DNA of 13,998 nucleotides from Anthoceros angustus. Lineage: Eukaryota; Plantae; Anthocerotophyta. Of the stretch, positions 9,301-13,998 are shown piece after piece. Under the pieces are notes generated by a model, which ran no database searches, had not been told where the DNA came from, and saw only the letters and a list, made by a program, of their open reading frames with translations. The position numbers and the translations under genes were made by a program. The stretch lies in assembly GCA_010909165.1 (NCBI GenBank), contig VJWM01000414.1:1-13998 (forward strand). The letters run 5' to 3'. The first letter of the stretch is position 1. Each line of letters opens with the position of its first letter.

Positions 9301-11650
9301 TAGTCATTAACAATTTTGTTCTGGGGTGGAGGCGATCAATTATGTACTTTGCCACCGTAAAACATGAAGTGGCTTATAGGTGAAGAAGGACAGAGCTCAC
9401 ACAGTGAATTACCTTGAAGGAGCATTCATTCAGAAATTCTTGGTTGTCCAAAGCTTCCTTCAGCTGGGCAAACTTTTTGTACAAATCAGTTCTAGGAGTT
9501 GCTAGATACTTAATCCTCTCCTGCGCATTGGACCGGTGTGAGCCTTCAGCCATTTCAGTCTTGACTAAATTCATCAAAATAAGGCAAGGATCATCCACAG
9601 CAGAAAATTCACGAAGGAGAATCCACACCTCTCCACTTAGCCTCCCTGATGACAACTGTTTCATATTTCTTGTACCCAGGACCCTGCATATTCCACGTAT
9701 TGAGCAGTTAACCTTGGGTGCAACATCCATATAAAATAGGAATGACACAAAGGACCCTTCAACGTGCAACTACCATGATCCACTCTTTGGTACGCTTCTC
9801 GCGTCGGTCTCCATTAAATTGCCGCTTACGAGCAACATGTATCTTACAGGTGCATCTCAAGGGGTTGGGCTCCCCATCTCCATGTCCACTGTGCAGGTTG
9901 CAAATTCATCTCTGTATGCATGTAAGCCAGTCATGGGTGACCGAAGATATGCTGGAACACTAAAGGGTAAGAATATAGAACTTGCATACGTGGGGTCTAG
10001 TGGTTTCCATGTCCCAAAGCCTTTTGGTCATCATCACCATCCCCAACGTCACCTTTGCCACCACTATCATCATCACCTCCGTCACCACCACCACCTCCTC
10101 CCCACAACCAACTCCTCCTCCACAACTGACTCCTCCCCAACCATTCACCTCCATCTTTCTCTGCTTGGCTGTCACTACCTATGCAGGATTTCCACGTTGC
10201 AGAAGCTGTCCGGCCTATCACTGTAGAGAATGACATACAAGTGGTCTCTGATTGCTGATGCTTGTCCATGTGATACTCTTTGGCCAAATGAAATTCCACA
10301 CCATCCTTCACAAGTCACAGGAAACACCCAACTCAGGCTTTCTTGCAACACAAAAGTGCAGTAAGCTGCTTGGACTGAACTCTGAGTAACGTACCTTGAC
10401 AGCTTTCAGAGCACTCTTCTCAGATGTCCATCTGACATCCAGGGTTCTGTCCTGCGGTCACTGCTCTTTGTGATGAAACTCCTGCTCAGGATGAACCGTC
10501 CAGGGTCCAGTCATCGGAACTACTTGAGTCTTCCGCACCTGGAACTCCACAGAAGGGTAGACATGACACTCTCTTCCCTAATGTTCCTTTCTTGGTTGCC
10601 ATGTTAATGATGTCCAAAGTGGTGCTTTGGCTCGTGATCTCCCAGGCATTGGAAAATTCTGCAGAGTAATTCCACCAATCCTTGAGCTAGAATTACTTGA
10701 GGTTTCAAAGTCTCCTCCCTCCGGTGCTCTCCTCCGTGGCGATCCCCGAAACAGGACGGACCAGAGCCAAAAGTTAGCAACCTTGAGGCTTCGATCCTTG
10801 CCTTTAGGGCTACACTGGAATGACAGGAAGTGTGACTTAGTGACACTGATGTCCTCATTCTCCACCAGGATTGTCTTTATGGTCAACAACCTAACACCAC
10901 TCCTTGGGCAGGTAACTTCATCCTTCAAGCAAACTCCTCTGCCTTTCTTGGAGGTCTGGCTAAACCCCATGTTCTTATTCCACTCCACAGTCATCAGGAG
11001 CATGGATGCATGCCCCAGGTTGAACATCAATGTCAACAAGTTGTTTGGCTTTCTCCATCTTCAATCTGGCAAGGTTTCTCCGTGGCTTCAGGTGTGCAGC
11101 TGTCAAACGTGACAAGCAGGAGACAGGAACCGTCAAAATCCATCAACCATCATCAAACTTGTTAAAAAACCGAACAAGACCGTCATGCTCATCAAATGCC
11201 ATGCCTCACAACTACGTTGCTTTCACTTGTCCTAAAGCACCAAAGAAATGTGGTTTACTGCACAGGCAGCGAAATGAGCTCCTTCAACGCTCACACAGTC
11301 TTCAGCCAGCCAGCCAGCCAGCCAAACGACCAGTGATTTTCCAAACCGCTGGAAAGCTAAGCGGAAGGGCAAGCCGACATACATTTGGCATCCGTGGAGG
11401 AGCCTGGCATGAAAGACAAGGGTTTGCAAGCAAGAAGAGCCTCGCAGCGCCGGATGCTGTCCTCGATTCCACTTCCACTCCTTCATCCTCACCCACATCC
11501 ACAACTTTTCCTTCTTCTTCGATGATTTCTTCGGCATGCTTGTGCCTTGTGCAATACCTGACGCTGGCTCATCAGCTCATGCCCGGGTGCTCCTGATCGC
11601 AGCCCAGACACATCAAGGCCAAGTCTGGAAAACCCAGTACATCCTGTACA
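6350..11650 (-). CDS. Uncharacterised long multi-exon protein: acidic/Gly-rich disordered N-terminus, charged helical segments and about 8 C[TS]FxPxIN-like repeats; ends approximate, many indels
   Basis: Minus-strand GT donors (for example at 9412, after ECSFK) and coherent peptides: EEIIEEEGKVVDVGEDEGVEVESR (about 11440-11535), GGGGGGDGGDDDSGGKGDVGDGDDD (about 10030-10105), QERIKYLATPRTDLYKKFAQLKEALDNQEFLNECSFK (9413-9520), MLERAGNLQKRMEERKR (about 9220-9275), CTFAPVINKNTNEIV (8457-8480 and beyond), ATFTPKIS (8189-8212), FKYRPEIDEVSR (about 7720-7755), QEKARRQRLARVLKELQEVRECTFQPIIN (7073-7160). No named family recognised. Confidence 0.65.
10028..10150. repeat. CAT/CAC/CTC-rich low-complexity tract, probably coding Gly/Asp-rich peptide on -
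   Basis: Imperfect trinucleotide runs. The minus frame gives GGGGGGDGGDDDSGGKGDVGDGDDD; the plus-strand poly-His/Thr ORFs are shadows of it. Confidence 0.7.
11303..11322. repeat. (CAGC)5 microsatellite, probably intronic
   Basis: cagccagccagccagccagc read directly. Confidence 0.9.
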
Positions 11651-11979
11651 TAAATACAACTCCAACAGACCCAATCTCACGTTTGCCCCTCCTCCAGCTT
11701 TTCCACCCAGGAGATCTTGGAAGTTCGATTGTCCTGGTCACGGGAATCTGCAGTTAAACGTAACTGTCACTGCTGTCGTTTGCAATCAGCTACTTAAAGC
11801 ACCAGTGGAGACCTGATACCATGTTCCCACCCGCCAGACTGGCGGTCGGTCCATTCAACCCAAACTCCACCACCTCGCTCCGCCACAGCAGAATCGCCTC
11901 CAAGAACCAACAGTGGCCAGTGGTATCAGTGAACGTTTTGGGTTCCTGCTTTCCCGTCTGGAGAAAGCGGGTGAGCAGG

Positions 11980-12519
11980 ATGATTGCTCAGGCTGCATTC
12001 GCGCCCCGGCACCTGCCGTGAGCAGCACCAGTTCCCGGATGCTGCTGCAGCCGCTGCAGCTTCAACCCAGTACGTCTTCCCCATTACGATAAGCTAAGAT
12101 CCGTTCAGGCTGCGTGTTCTCGTGCTTAAAGAAGGAGGATCAGTGTTTGTTTGTGCAGCAAGCAGCTGCGGGCATTCGCACAACAGCAACCAGCTCCAGC
12201 TCTCAGGACTTGTCGAAACTGCAAACGACAATACGACCCTTCGGAAAACCACCCAAGTGCTTGCCAGTATCATCCTGCACATTTTGGGTAACTGCAAGAC
12301 ATGCCTATGAGTTGCAGGTGTTCAGAGGACGATTTCCTATCCTCCTCTTGTTGCCTGTGTTCAGGTGAAACCAAACGGAAGTTTGAAAGCGTGTATTCAG
12401 GAGGCACCATGGACACTCCGGGCTCCGGTCAGATAGTTCAGTACTGGCACTGTTGTGGGAGCAAAGATACCTTCAGTGTTGGCTGCCAAACATCCCCACA
12501 TATCTCATACGATGACTAG
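11980..12519 (+). CDS. Small conserved plant protein with a single CHORD-like Cys/His (putative Zn-binding) domain; probable N-terminal transit peptide
   Basis: Exons about 11980-12069 (start uncertain), 12159-12287 and 12365-12519 give LRTCRNCKRQYDPSENHPSACQYHPAHFG(G)ETKRKFESVYSGGTMDTPGSGQIVQYWHCCGSKDTFSVGCQTSPHISYDD*. I recall this C-terminal sequence as conserved in uncharacterised land-plant proteins. The G run at 12286-12288 appears 2 nt short for in-frame splicing. Confidence 0.8.
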
Positions 12520-12974
12520 TTGGCGATTGCAGCTCTAGCTCTTCCTGTTGGGTTGGTTTTGGAGCACTTATTTTCTCCGACTGAGCTTACAACCTAATCC
12601 CACATTATGTAAGGTTCTTTGAAGAATTGTATTTTTTGCTCAGGTGGGAAAAATGGACTATCTTTATTAACAACAAAACCCTCGCACCTAAGCGGAACCG
12701 AAAGAAGCTTCGTCTAGACGTCGGTCCATGTACAAGCACGCCGATAGGATAAGGGCGGCTTTCCATGGACATCAATTTCCCTCCAGCAACTTCAGCCAGC
12801 CCAAAATGAAACTTCACGACAAAAAGCCAGCAGGAACAGGGAAGTTGATGTGAACTCCCCTAATGATCGAAAGAGACCGCCTCTAGCGAAATTGGCAAGA
12901 GCTCTTTGGGCAGGAACCTATGCGGCAAGGCCTACGGGCCTTTCTTGGTAGAGTGTAGGGGCTTCCTTCTTCTC

Positions 12975-13001
12975 GCTTGCAATCCCTAGAGGATTGCAAG
13001 C
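12975..13001. repeat. Perfect inverted repeat (11-bp stem, 5-nt loop)
   Basis: GCTTGCAATCC-CTAGA-GGATTGCAAGC read directly. Confidence 0.85.
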
Positions 13002-13151
13002 TTCCATTACGATGTCTCGGTTCGTGTGTGTTTGCCATACCATGCACGCATTAGTCGATTTTGGGCACGGTCGATGGGTCGGAAGGCGCAAGTCTCAAAC
13101 CTCCTGCGACTTCAACCTTCGTTCTTAATTGTCCCTGGCTCATCCTTGCCT

Positions 13152-13516
13152 TTAGCTTTGTTGCGGAATTTGGTAGCTTCCATGCTTCCCCAATCTCACA
13201 ACTTGGTGTGGGCCACATGCACTTTCGAGCACCGACCACGTTCCTCCATGAACATTAAAGGCACCTCGAAGTTGTGGACCCCGCAGAACTTCATATCTTG
13301 CCGCAAGAAGATAAACCCGACTCGACTCTTGGGTGGCGGCAAGGAGAAAAATAAGAGGCCATCGCGATGGGAAGAGGTGGTCACATTGCAAGGCTAGCGT
13401 GTAATGTGCCGCACCCGAAGCAAATGGGATAGGTGTAATGTGCACGACCGATAGCCAGCAAGCAAATGGGACGGTTGTCTGGGACTTGAAAAAATCAATG
13501 ATCATTGCGGCATCCA
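13152..13516 (-). CDS. Possible plant exon of an unidentified gene, downstream of a 118-nt intron (13634-13517)
   Basis: A GTAAGT donor at 13634, an AT-rich intron body and a TTAG acceptor at 13518-13517 lead into a reading frame open for about 121 codons (VDAAMIIDFFKSQTTVPF...). No family recognised. Confidence 0.3.
13399..13471. repeat. Degenerate two-copy direct repeat
   Basis: GTGTAATGTGC(13399)-8nt-AAGCAAATGGGA(13418) followed by GTGTAATGTGC(13433)-16nt-AAGCAAATGGGA(13460). Confidence 0.8.
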
Positions 13517-13634
13517 CTAAGTGGTCGGGACACATATAAGAAAAACATTATGGCTTTAATTACATATGATACAACATTGCTTTATTAGAACTTGAAAACA
13601 AAGGAAACAAAGAACCATCAAGTAAGCAACTTAC

Positions 13635-13998
13635 CATCCGCGTTTGTGACCGCAGCCCGCCGACCGTACTGGCGTTCAGCAGCACGCTCACCGTGTTCCC
13701 GCCGGTGTTGGTGACGGCCACGTCCGGCTTGCCGTCGCCGTTGAAGTCGCCCACCGCCAGGCCGGTCGGGCCGAGGCCGACGCCCAGGGTGAGCAGGCCG
13801 CCGCAGGTGCCGTCCCCGTTCCTGCGGAACACGGACAGCGAGCCGGTCAGCCCGAGCAGGTTGTTCACCGTCGCCACGTCCACCTTGCCGTCGGTCGGCC
13901 AGGGCGACGAACGGGTTGCGCGGCGGTCAGGGTGCCGGGGGATGAGGCGGGAACGTCACGGGCTTCCAGCGACTCCAGCCGCAGGTTGGTTCGGTGCC
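13635..13998 (-). CDS. Fragment of a bacterial (planctomycete-type) secreted FG-GAP/VCBS-repeat protein; start lies just outside the window
   Basis: Reads (R)HRTNLRLESLEARDVPA (motif at 13984-13946) and then, after an indel, DGKVDVATVNN..GSLSVFRRNGDGTC and PTGLAVGDFNGDGKPDVAVTNTGGNTVSVLLN, which are canonical FG-GAP/VCBS repeats. GC is 72% (13681-13740) and 77% (13741-13800), with almost all third codon positions G/C. Confidence 0.88.

Noticed and set aside
9819-10233. Plus-strand His-rich and Thr/Pro-rich ORFs
   Set aside because: Antisense shadows of the Gly/Asp low-complexity coding tract on -.
10578-11112. Overlapping long ORFs that initially resembled a transposase fragment (..RREETLKPQVILAQGL..)
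   Set aside because: No DDE triad, terminal inverted repeats or target-site duplication. The stretch lies between minus-strand splice sites and fits a large, indel-broken, disordered exon of the repeat-protein gene.
12605-13397. ORFs at 12605-12817, 13026-13397 and 13051-13258
   Set aside because: No recognisable motifs or consistent splice structure; lengths are within chance expectation.
13399-13471. CRISPR-like repeat-spacer pattern
   Set aside because: Only two units, spacers of 8-16 nt, a eukaryotic context and no cas genes.

Overview
Mostly compact, intron-rich nuclear DNA from a green plant or streptophyte (introns mostly about 85-240 nt with GT..AG ends; a bryophyte-type host is only an inference). 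It contains: (1) a spliced beta-amylase gene of the BAM4-like clade on + (about 3057-6179), with a promoter rich in light/clock motifs; (2) a long, convergent multi-exon gene on - (about 6350-11650) encoding a charged, low-complexity protein with about 8 copies of a C-[TS]-F-x-P-x-I-N-like repeat; (3) a small divergent + strand gene (about 11980-12519) with a single CHORD-like Cys/His domain; (4) at the right edge, an abrupt jump from about 28% to about 72-77% GC into a bacterial gene fragment. That fragment carries the planctomycete N-terminal motif LRLESLEARDVPA followed by FG-GAP/VCBS repeats and abuts a plant-type GTAAGT intron. All recognisable genes carry small indels, mostly in homopolymers, which suggests low-accuracy long-read sequence. 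The bacterial junction may therefore be either a recent horizontal transfer or a chimera.
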